A stretch of DNA of 64,000 nucleotides, taken from NCBI GenBank assembly GCA_000092065.1, contig CP000595.1; one strand, 5' to 3'. Numbering within the stretch: position 1 is the stretch's first letter; each line of letters starts with the position of its first letter. The stretch is from Ostreococcus lucimarinus. Its lineage: Eukaryota. Both the position numbers and the translations under genes were made by a program. This document shows positions 12,701-24,700 of this stretch, one piece after another. Under the pieces are notes generated by a model, which saw only the letters and a program-made list of their open reading frames with translations, was not told the origin of the DNA and searched no databases.

Positions 12701-15700
12701 TCATCGGTGGCGTCCTTGTTCCAGATTCGGACGTCGCCATCGAGTACAACTCGCAGACGTCCGCGCGACAGTCTCTCAACGAAGCGCTCGTGGCGTACGG
12801 CAACGGCAATGATGCTCAGTTCACGTCGAAGAGTGCAGCGTTCGCGGGGAGTCTAGCGACCCTCCCAAGCGCTGCCTATTCGTGGGATGGCAATGAGTTT
12901 TCAATAGCGTTCCCGGACATTCCAAGTACGCTCGTCGCCACCATTCGCGTCAACGGCGCAAACCTGGTTCCGCAACCTGACGGCGCGTTGACGTATGAGG
13001 TAGTGTACCGCGAACGTTCGGGTGCGCCTTACTTTACGGACAACACCGAGCTCACCCTCACCGGAACTGGTCCGACGTGGTTGAATCCGCCGTCCATCTC
13101 AAGTGTCTCTTACGTTCTCTTGAACAGCAGCTCGACCTGCGACTTGTCCACTCCGGGCACACCGGTGACCGCGGCAGGCAACGGTTTGACAAAGATTGAA
13201 ATCGGTCATCAACTCCGAACCGTAGTGACGTTCAGTTCGCCGGTCGTCGTTCGCAAGTGGACCGTGGAAGGTGCGGAAACAAATTGCTACGGCACGTGTC
13301 ATCTCCACGGATTGTGCAAACTTGACCCGCACATTTTGCCGCCCGACGAACACGATGAAGCTGAATACATCACCACCTGGACGAGCTGCCGTACTTTCGA
13401 TGCCAAAGAAATGACCACACTCGAGAATCTTGAATGTGGTGTTCGCGAATTCATTCGCGCCGTCGACAGGTCAGGTAACCTCGTCATGGGTGAGCGATGG
13501 AACAACTTGTATTGCTTCACATTGCCGCCGGCGATTCCGAGTCAAGGTTTGATAAAAGTACGCGGTCTAACGTCTTGCTACCGAAGTACGACGACGAAAA
13601 AGTTTGGCCCAGGTTGTATCGCTACCATCCACATCGAAGCCGACGGCGAAATCATGGAGCCAACGGTGAAGTGGTGGAACACAGCGACCAACGCGTACGC
13701 AAACTTTCCTTCTGCGTGCGTCATGACGGCGACGGATCCGACGTCTCCAAGCTCGTTGGTTTGGACACTCACATGTGCGGGTACAGCCGCGGCGACATTC
13801 CCACCCAGTAACTCTTACACGTTACAGCTTGAAGTCAGCGACGTGCGAGCCACGGACGAGTCAACCTTTACGGGCACGGCGCGAGACACGGACGACGGAT
13901 ACCTAGGCTCAGACAAGGACCCGATCATCGTCGATAACCTCGCACCCACGCCGACTGCCACTGTCCCGCTTTCGTGTGCGTTAGTCATAGGAAGCCAATC
14001 TACGATAACCGTCACGTATGCGGTGGAACCATCATGGCGCCCGACTGTGAGCGCGTTTGGCGCGCAGGTTGGCGGCGTCATTGCGCAAACCGGCGCGTTG
14101 AGCGGATTTCACACCGTTTGGATTGCACCGATCACAGTCCCCTCCGACTGGTTAGGCGGTAGCCCGATGCCTTTCGTGATTACGAACGGCGAGGATGAGT
14201 ACGGCAACATCGACACGACGTCGCACGGGAACTACTTGTCCAATGACAACGTGCTCACTGGGGATGTGAATTGTTCAGTGAATGTCGATGCGCCGCGAGT
14301 CACGTCTGCGACGTGCGCTAGCCCGTCACCGAGGGTCGTCAAACCAGGCGGAAGTGTGACGGTTGATTTCTCCACCAATGTTGCAGTGACGATTCCGTCG
14401 GGTTGCGTCAAGATTTCCGGTGTCACGGTGACGCCCACGGATCTGGGAGGCTCGAAAAAGAGCTGGAGAGCCACGGCGACCATTCCGTCAGACCCCCCCG
14501 CTTGCGACGGCGAAGTCGCTCTCAGCATCTGTGCTGAAATCACCGATACCGGAAATAACACCGGCGTTGAAGTAGTAACGCAGTTTTTTGGCCCCGAAAG
14601 CGAAGCTTGTCTCATCGACGGCACAGCGCCGGTGCTACAGTTGATTGATTTCACCAGCGACAACACGTACGATTCAAAACTGGCCACCGTCGGTGACACT
14701 GTTCGACTGTACTTTGAAGCGAGCGAAATGATCACCGCGCCTACAATTACGCTATTCGCGACCGCAACGCCGTCTGCAACGGCGGTTGAAACATCGGGAC
14801 CGAGTCGTCGACGATTCCCATCGACGGTGCTTAATGCAGGAGGAACGCAGTACGCGACAATATGGACGGCTGAATACGTCGTCGACGGGACCACGCCGGT
14901 AGGCGCGCTCACATGGGATGCGACTGGATTCATGGATCGCGCGACGAATGATGGCACTAAAAGTGCGTGCGCGGATTGGAACCCGCCATCTTGTTCAATC
15001 GTGCACGCTGCGCAGACGACTGCGCAACGAGCTCTCGAACCAAGTATCAACTTTGTCGGCGACGTCGTTCAAACGTTCAACAACTTTTTGACGACGTCAC
15101 CGAGCGGTAACGTGTCCACACTGTTTTCGTGCTACGCCAACTCATCATCGACATCGCTGTCGGCGTTAAATCTGGCAATCTTGAAGACAGATTTGTCGCG
15201 GCACGATATCGTCGCTGGTGGGATATTCCAACATCATCTCATGACGGCTCAAGATTTGTGGTGGCAACGCGGTGGCGCGTGTGGCACCGCCAATGGTCTC
15301 ATGTGTCGGTCGACATGCGGACGGTGTAACGATGCCGCCGTCGTGGTACACCGCACGACAACCACGCTCACTGTTGCAAACGTCACCGCCGGTGGTACCG
15401 CCATTCCGGGAGACCAATGTCCAGGAGGTGTGGGTACGTGCATGTGCAACCCAACGCTCGGCGATCAATCCGAAGCCCGCTATATCGTGAGCACCTCGGC
15501 CCGCGATCTTGTCTCGAAACCAACCATCAGATTTAACGACACTAGCGGCACGGTGTATACCGTACCCGAGGCCAACATCGTGGCGGTGAGTCCTGTCATG
15601 TGGCCCACGCTCCCGACGGTGGATTGTCTGTCCGAATCGACGGTGCGCGACGGCGTCTGCGACCCATCCGCCACGTTGAACAATCGCGACGGATGCTGGG

Positions 15701-18700
15701 ACGGTGGCGATTGCTGCCAAGACACGTGCCGGCAAGTCTTTAGTGACGGCGCATATTGCCAGGCGCAAGATTGCCGGGATCACTCAATCTCACCAGTGAC
15801 AGGGCGACCGACATCTGGGTTCTGGAGCTCGTACAACGCCAAGGCGCTCGTCGCTCGGGAACTCTCTGTGGAGTGGAAGGTGACGTTTCCAGTAGATGAC
15901 ACTCTTCCGTTGATTGATGGCGTTCTCACCGGTACCGCGTGCTGCATGCAAGACAAGAGCGGCTTGGACGTGTTGCACGCAAATAAGGGTACATTCGTCG
16001 CGGGTGCGCCGTGCCTGGACGCTGTCTTGACTCGCGACACGAGCTGTTTGCTTCGCGCCGCGCTTACGGCGGACAACGGCGAATTCGTCGTCAAGGAAAA
16101 CCAGCCCGTATCGCTTACGCTCGAATTTGAAGGGAACCCTCGCGGGATGAATTGCACAATCGGCGGCGAATCGGTGACGATGACGCAGACACGCGCCGCG
16201 AGCTCTGGCGTCACCGCGCTGTGGTCAACCACACGGACTTCGGTGAATGCAGTCGACACCGCGATTGCGACGCGCATTGCGGCGTCTGAGGAGCAGAAGC
16301 GACGTCACGAACTTTTGCCCGAGGTTTTCGAATTAAATCTGTGGGCGAATTGTTCACGAGGCGTCACGATTCCGTTTGAGTGTTCCATTTCGGATTGCGG
16401 TGGCAACTTGTTTGAGATTACCGACGCCGTCGACCCGACTTCAGATGTGTGCTTTGACTACGTGCGCCCGGACGCGACCAGCATTGGGCAGACGAGTTCG
16501 AACACGTGCAGCAACGCATACGCCAAAGTTGGCGATACGCTGATACTCAACGTTACGATGGATGCGGACGTTTCCAATCCCACTGCGTACACCCTCGCTG
16601 GCGAAGCGTGCACGTTGAGAACTTTCGGTACGAATGCGTTTACGTGTGACGTCGTCGTGTCGTCGACGACGATTGAAGGACCCGCAAACTTCACGTTTGA
16701 CGGCATCAAAAGCTCTGTGCCCGCGTATCTCGACGCCGTCAACACGAGCTACACTGAACTGAAGACGTTATCTCCAGATGGCGTCGTCACGCTCGGTGGG
16801 GATCGCGTCATCATCGATCGGACTGCGCCGACTTTTGACTCTTTGGCGATGTACAGCCTCGAAGTCGCTAACAAGACGTGTCAGAAGCGGTGTACCGTTC
16901 GCGTCGCCATCGACGCCGCGGAAGAGTTGAGTAGCTGCACGGCAACTATCGGTGGCATCACTGCAAACATCACCGGCACGGGCTCCGAACGCGTGGCGGA
17001 GGCGTACATTGATGAGAACAGTGGTATAGCGGCGGGCGAGATTACCTTCTCCGTCATCTGCCTGGATCTCGCGTGCAACTCGGTGACGACATCGACGCTC
17101 GTTGGTGATACGGACGCCGTGATTTATTCTTTAGACCGGGACATTCCATTGGAAGTCTTGTTCTACAGCGATCGACCGGGGCACTTGGAAATTGGGAACG
17201 AAAACGACTGTCTCATGATGGAGATGAGGTTTCTTCTCGCCGTCGAACTGAAAGCCATCGTCATGGGCAATATTACGAACAACGCATTGAGTCTGTGGAA
17301 CATCACCACAACCGGTGGCGCCTTGGTAGTCCCGGGTACGACCCACACCTATTATCTCATCACTCACTGCATCACGGATGCGTGGGGTACGGAGGACTGG
17401 CCAGTCGTTCCTTGGAGTTTTACGTACGACGATGGATTGCAAGACGTTGTGTGGAACACGACTTTTACGTCTGACGTAAACTTTCCGCGAGTGGTCCGAC
17501 TCGATTTGGAAGACCCAGTCGCGACGTACGTCTACGCCTTCACCACTGGCGCTAATGATCCATCGGCTGGTCTCGGCGACGCGCTGTACTTGGATATCAT
17601 CGCCAGCGAAGCAGTTGTGGCGCCGACGGTGACGTTTGGCGGCGTAACGCTCAACGCCACCGATGTCTCGCAAGTGGGTACGTCTAGCGAGTGGCGCGCG
17701 GGTCCCTACATCGTGAAGAATTCGACGGATGACCCGAACATTCTGAAGGATATCAACGATTGTTTCTTATTCAGCGTGACGCTGAAGGACTTAGTCGATC
17801 ACACATCCATATTGTACTCGCAGCAAGTCAACGCCACGGGCTCGCTCAATTGCGTCACGCAACGCGTTGACATTGATCAAGATGCGCCCACCATCGTTTG
17901 GTTGCAAACTGAGTACGTCACCGCTACCACCGTAGACTTTACCTTTGCCGTAGACGAACTCTCCAACGTCAGCTACGTCGTCTTGCCGAGAGGTGCGGTG
18001 GAGCCGACGCCTTTGGAAGTTCAAGCAGGCACCGGAGCAGCGGGTACTGGCGCTGTGGCCAGCGGTGTTAAGGAATATCTTGGATCATCCACGCCTTCTC
18101 CGGGAGCTGGTGCGGGTGGCAAGGGCCAAGATGTGTTAAACATCACTGGTCTTCTCGCGGGTACGAACTACGACGTATGGTTCGTGCCTTTCGATCGATT
18201 CGGCAACTCCCAAACCGAGGCGCAAAGTCGATGGATACGAACCGTTGGGTTGGACATGCTCATCAACTCGCTTGCGACGCAAGAGGGCGGTTACACGGAT
18301 GTCATTCAGGTGAAGCTCACGCAAGTCCCGACCGCAGATGTTTCGGTGACGATCAGTGAACGCAGTGGTATCGGGAACGTCGTCCTCGTTGATCAGGCGC
18401 TGAGTCTTACGGATTACGTCTCCTCGGTGACGCTAGTCTTCACGCCCATCACGTGGAACGTAGCGCAAGAAGTCGGTGTCAAGGCGGTTGATGACATTTA
18501 TGTCGAAGATCAACACACAGAAGAGTTGAAGTTTGACGTACGATCGCTTGATGTACGCTATGACGCGCTCGTCGATCCAAACCGTACGGTCGTCATCGCA
18601 GATAACGACGAGTGTGGCGTCATCGTGTATGACCCCAACAATCGACCCTTGGAGCGCACTCTCTCGTGCAGCGCGAATGCAGTGATCGCTTTGTTGAACT

Positions 18701-21700
18701 ATTCCGTCGCTGAAGATACGACGGTATACGCAGATATCTACTTGCAAGCGGCGGTGCGAGGCGATGACGTGCGCGTGACGCTGACGAGCTCTGATTTGAC
18801 GCAAATTTCATCTCCAGCGTCCGTCACTCTGACGTTCAACGAAACCAACTACAATTTGGCGCAACGTGTCCCAATCATTCCGGTGTATTCGTGCGTCGCC
18901 GCGCTTGATCGCTACGTTCCGATCGCAGTGAGCGTAGAATCCGCGACGACGTGCGGCGATCTCGTCGTACCAGAAATTCCTGTGTACGTGACAGATTTGC
19001 AAAAGGTTGGATTAGCGTTTACCAAGGCGCAAATCACCGGCCCCCCCGGGAGCAACTACGAGTTTGACATGTATTTAACGTCTCAACCGACATCAGACGT
19101 TCAAGTGTCCTTAGCAACGCTACCAGACGCTTTCGGAGCCGACTTGTACGGCAGCGCGTCGTTCAATTGCGGTGCCCAAGGTCCTGTTTGGACGTTTAGT
19201 GCTGATGAGTGCTCGGTGCCGGTGACTTGCATCGTCACGCTCGTCGGCGACGACACCAAGTGCGGAGATGTGACGTTGCAAGTTGGCGCCAAAGTCACTT
19301 CCTTGGATTCAATGTACAACGGCATCTCGAGTTCGCCGCCGAATATGACCATCCTCGAAACCGCCAACGCCGCGGGATGGTACATTCGAAATGCTGACAA
19401 CACAGAATTCATCGTGACGCCGCCAGATGCGCCAAACGGCACGTTGCCGCTCGAACCGTGGAAGGTGAATGAACAGATTGAAACGGGTATTTACACCATC
19501 ACACCGACTACGGCGTTGTGCAAAACAGTGACCCTTCGACCGTATATTCCAGACACAGATTACGCTCGATACGCCACCATCTCTCCGAGACAGGTGACAC
19601 TTGAGGCTGGATTCTTTGGTCCGACGAAGTTCAAAGTCATCTTCCCGCGTAACTACAACGTGCCCGTGACGAACGACATCGTTCAAATTTGGCACGATGT
19701 GGTGTACGGCACTGATGATCCGGATTACCTCGCATTGAGCCCGAATCTCGGTGGTAGTGCCCTGCCGGTCGAAATCGTCGAGTACGACGTCGCCGGTTTA
19801 TTGCTCGGCAACGGCGCGGAGAACACTGTTCTCATCGATGAGCCGTGCTCGACAGATGTGACGACACAGGTCTCATCTTTGGGATTCACGCTGTCAAGTG
19901 CACCCTCTGCAACTGTCGTCGTTTCGCTCAGCGAAATGAATTACAACGCGACTCAACTCGCGATTCTGAAGGCGAATAAACACCTTGTGTTGGGGACAAC
20001 GTCGCTGAGTTTTACGCCCAACAATTGGAACATTCCGCAGCCGGTGATGGTCTCCGCCATCAGCTATGACAACCTGACGGAAGCCCGCACGGCATATGTA
20101 TGTGGAGATATGACTTCAGATGATGATGTGTATCAAGCACTGAATCAAACGTGCTACCCCGTGCATATTTGTGATTGCTCCGGTTCATGCGGTCTCATCT
20201 CGTTTGATGATCACGCGAATTGTACTTTCGCCGCTGACCAATTAAACAACACGGAGATAACGTTCCCGCCTAGTATGAAGCAACTTTCATCTTGTTGGAA
20301 CATCAGTGCCACCTGTGGCGGTATTCAGGTCGCGAGTTTAAGCGCTGCCGGTCACGATCCGGTCATGACGAACTTTACGACGCTGCCAGATTCTGAAGCG
20401 TACTCGGTGAGTTTGGACAAAGTACAACGGTTATTTTACACCACGCAGTGGTCTGTCATCGATAAACTCGAGCTACCGCTATCGCTAATCGATGGTGGTA
20501 TGCAAGGCTTGACGGACGCTTCTGGTACCTATTGCCTCGGTATCTCATCATCGAGCTTTGTCGTCAACAACACAGCCAATGGTGGCTTGTTTGTTGAAAA
20601 GGCCGCCCCGATGAGCGCCTTTGCGAATTCTTTCGAAATCCTCCCGGCAGCGGCGAATACATTTGATTCGGACGTGTACATCCTTGAGGTGAGAGTTCTT
20701 GCCGGTGCATCGCCGTTGACTGATTCGTATTCGCTCAATTGCACGGATGGAGGCAACTTCTCTGCACCAGGCGGATGTATCATCGGTCCCAGTCTTCGAG
20801 GGTATTTCAATAACGCAACGCAAGTCATGACGTTCACGAACACGGCATATCTCCCGGAAGCAGATTTGGCCAACGCAGCTGGTAGAAAATTACTTGGAAA
20901 GTACCCATACCCATCACAACGCCGTCGCCTGTTGCAGGCACCGGCTGCACCGGCTCCTGCATCGACTTCTCAATTTGTGTGGGCTGTGAACAACATAACG
21001 TTTTCGGACATCAGTCTAGATCCCACCGGTGCGACGCGAATGATGAACACTCGAGTGGTGGATCAGTTCGGGGCCATCGTCGAAGGACCAATTCTAAATA
21101 TCGATACCGAAGGTGTGAACGATCCACCGATTATCGATATCGACTTGCCGCTCATTTACACAGAGAAAGAGAGTCTGACGCTCAACGCACCGCTTCAAGC
21201 CTATGACGTTGACAATTATAATTGGACGCAGTGTGTCGTGAACATCACGGATATCGCAAACAACTTCATGGCTGGAGATACATTCTCGTATAACAAAACG
21301 GCAATCGTCGAATACTATCAGTATTGGAACACATCTTTGCCAGCCGGTTTCGTGGACATTGACGCCACGTTCACCGACTCTCAGCGTACAGTGACTTTCG
21401 CCGGCCTGGCGCCGCCGGCGGCGTACTTGCGTGCGATGCGAAACCTGGTGCTGTTGAATGCTGGACCGGCAATGACAGCGGATGATCGATACATCATGTT
21501 CTGCTGTCAAGATCCGGAAGCGCTCAACAACAAAGGGTGCGGTTTGCAACGTGTTGTGTTCCAACCCGTCAACGACCCCCCGCTAGCTGAGAACAAGATT
21601 GTGTATCTTGCTGATCCTCGCGTCGGAGGGTTAACCGGTGAAACTGTTCCAGGATCAGATCCTGATGGCGATACGTTCACGTTCAATATTTCATGCTTAC

Positions 21701-24700
21701 CGAACAAGGGTGACTTGACGTTCAACACCGCCACCGGACAGTTTGATTATGCCCCGTATCCAAACATGATCGGCGACGACAGATTCGTGTACTTTACGTG
21801 GGATGGATACACCGGTCCAAACGAACGCCCGTTGCAGTCGAAATACGCCACTGTAGAGATTCGCATCGGCAACGGCGAGACGAATCCCGTGGCGCAAGAT
21901 ATTAACGTCGATGTGTGGGAGAACTCTGCTGAGTATTTCACGTTCAGCGCCACCGATGCAGATTCCACCAACACGGAGATGACGAACGATATTCTTCGAT
22001 ATCAAATCTTTGAAGAACCGGAGCTGAATGTTGCGGGTATTCAGCTTGACACTCAGCAAATGAGTGGAGGGAAGCGATATTCCGAAAATGCAACGTTCCA
22101 GTACACGGCGTTCTCGAGTTCTGATCTCGTCAGGCGCGTGTCAGAGCGTATGGCGAACTACGGCACCAACTTCGATTTCAACACTCTTGCGCGAGAAAAT
22201 CATCCGGGATTCAACGTGACGTCCTTCAAATATGTCGCTATCGATTTATCTGGTCGCGTTTCCAACGTCGCAAACGCCTGGGTCTGGGTTCGACTCACCT
22301 CAGAGACGAATTCTCGACCGAGTGCCAACGCGATGACGTTCACCACGCCTGAATCTGTCGGCGTGGCGAGCAATTTCGACACGGCGGATTCCGAATCCCC
22401 GTTGCAACTGAGACACACGCTCCCATCGCTCGCGTTACAGCCGACGCTCGGCGTCGCTGCGCAAGTCGGTATCGCTGCCTCACCCTACGGCAAGGCGTTC
22501 ACATATGAACCGTTTCCATTCTATTACGGCGTTGATGTGTTCGAATACCTCGTCACCGATCCACACGGGTCTACTTCTGATCTCACCACTATCACCGTCA
22601 CGGTCTCGCAAGTCGATCAGCCGCCACAAGGCGCATGCGGAGTGAACTCTACTCTTAAGTCCTCAGCCGATCCGACGTACGATCTCAAAGGACGAACGGC
22701 GGAACTGAGCGTGCTCATGGGTTATCAAATTATCCGCGCCAAGACGATGCGATATTTGATCAATCCCGAGCGAAGAGACTTGGAGTTTTACAATTACTTG
22801 CCCTTTATCAATGATTTGTCCAAGTTTGACAGCGTCATCGATCATCAAAATATATTTTTGTCATGTGGGTCGACTTCAGCTTTGACAACGGCTGCTATTT
22901 ATCACGACCAAGTGACCGCGGTGGCGCTCTTGGCGTACGATGTCGACCAAGCTGTGAACGACACAATACGGTACGTACTAAGTGAACTGCCGACTATAGC
23001 GTCGTCAGATGCAGCACGAGGTACAGCTGGGTACGCTGGTACTCTTTATCGATACGTCGCCCCGAATGGCACATATTACAACTCCACCGGGACGACAGTG
23101 TACTCTTACACATCAGATTCCGTCACCGGACTCACGCCGCTCGCCGCTGGTGATACCATCGGTGACGCCGCGAATGGGGCTGTAATGCTGCTTTTCAAGC
23201 CTCGAGAATACATCCACGGACCAATCACGTTCAAATGGCATGCGGTAGATACAACGACGTCGGCGCGAGGCGACGACGTCGCGATGACAATCAGTGCCAT
23301 GTGCAGAGGAGGTGAAAGCGTCAACGCTGACCATGGAGAAACGTGCGATTTGTGCCCAGTTGGTTCATTCAACTCGGCGAACATAGCCGATCAACAAAGC
23401 TGCGTGCAGTGCCCGGCGGGGAGTTACACCTCCGCCACGGGCTCGACTATTTGCGTGCCATGTCCCGCGGATACGTACGCGAGCACCGCCGGATCGCAAG
23501 TCTGTACACCATGCCCAGCGAACACGCGTTCACCATCAGGAAGCGACGACGTTTCAGATTGCCTGTGCGATATCGGTTTTGTCGTTTCGAACAGCCCGCA
23601 GTGCCATCCTTGCGCGCTCGATCGCGTCAAATGTACCGAACTCGGTCAGTACACACCTCTTCCGTACGATGGATTTTGGCAAGATAGCACAAATGGAAAA
23701 CGAAACCTCACCTGTATCCCGGGCTTGGCTTGTCAAGAGAAGTTTGATAAGGACGAAGTACGCACTGGTGCATGTGCGCAACCTCGGTTCTACGCCAATA
23801 ATGTGACAAATTCTCCCGCGTACGTCGGAGATGGTTGCTCAAAGTGTGCGAAAGATCACTATCGTTACGCGTCCTTCTGCGAAGCGTGTGACCCAGTGCA
23901 AGAAGTAAGAATCTTCTTCGTGATACTGGCGTACTGCGTTGCGCTTTACGCCATGTTCGAACTCGCAACACACCCAGCTATTCCTTCTTTGACGATTTTG
24001 CTGTCATTCACGCAAATCACTGCTCAAATGCAGTACTTTGAAATTCCGTGGCCGAAAGCGCTCGCGCGTTGGATGCAAGTCGCGTCGCTCGCCGTGGCAG
24101 ACTTACAAATCCTTGGTTTAGATTGCGTTTCGACCTGGGACTACTTCACGCGATTCGCGACGACCATGTTCGCACCTTTTGTTTGGGTGTTCGTCCTCGG
24201 CATCGCCATCATTTTACGCTGCTGGAGAGAGATTGCGAATCAAGCTTATGCGAACGTGCAGCGACGGCGACTGATTGAGCGTCGAAGACTGCTCCACGAA
24301 TTTGACGTCGACGCCAAAAAATGGACTGATCTCGCCATCGCTCGCGATGGGTTACCGTTTGATCGCCCCGATTTGAAGGGCAAAGGAGACGACTACAACG
24401 CACTTGAGCTGCATCTGTACGGCAATACTAAAAACGAAGGGTTGCGAAAAAGAGTCTTCAAAGAGGGCGTCGAAGAGTTACGCAAGGCGGATTTGCGGGC
24501 GAAAAGCTCGCAAGAACAGTCCAAGACTGAGCGAAAGCTGAGGCAAACCAAGGATGAAATAGAAGAGCTCGAAAAGCAAAAGGCTGTGAGCGCCAGAATC
24601 ATCCGGGATAACGTCAACCGCGCCATTCCTTCGCTCGTCATCGTCATGTGGTGGGGTTACATGCTCTTGAGCCGCACCGCGATCGAGTACTTTGAATGCA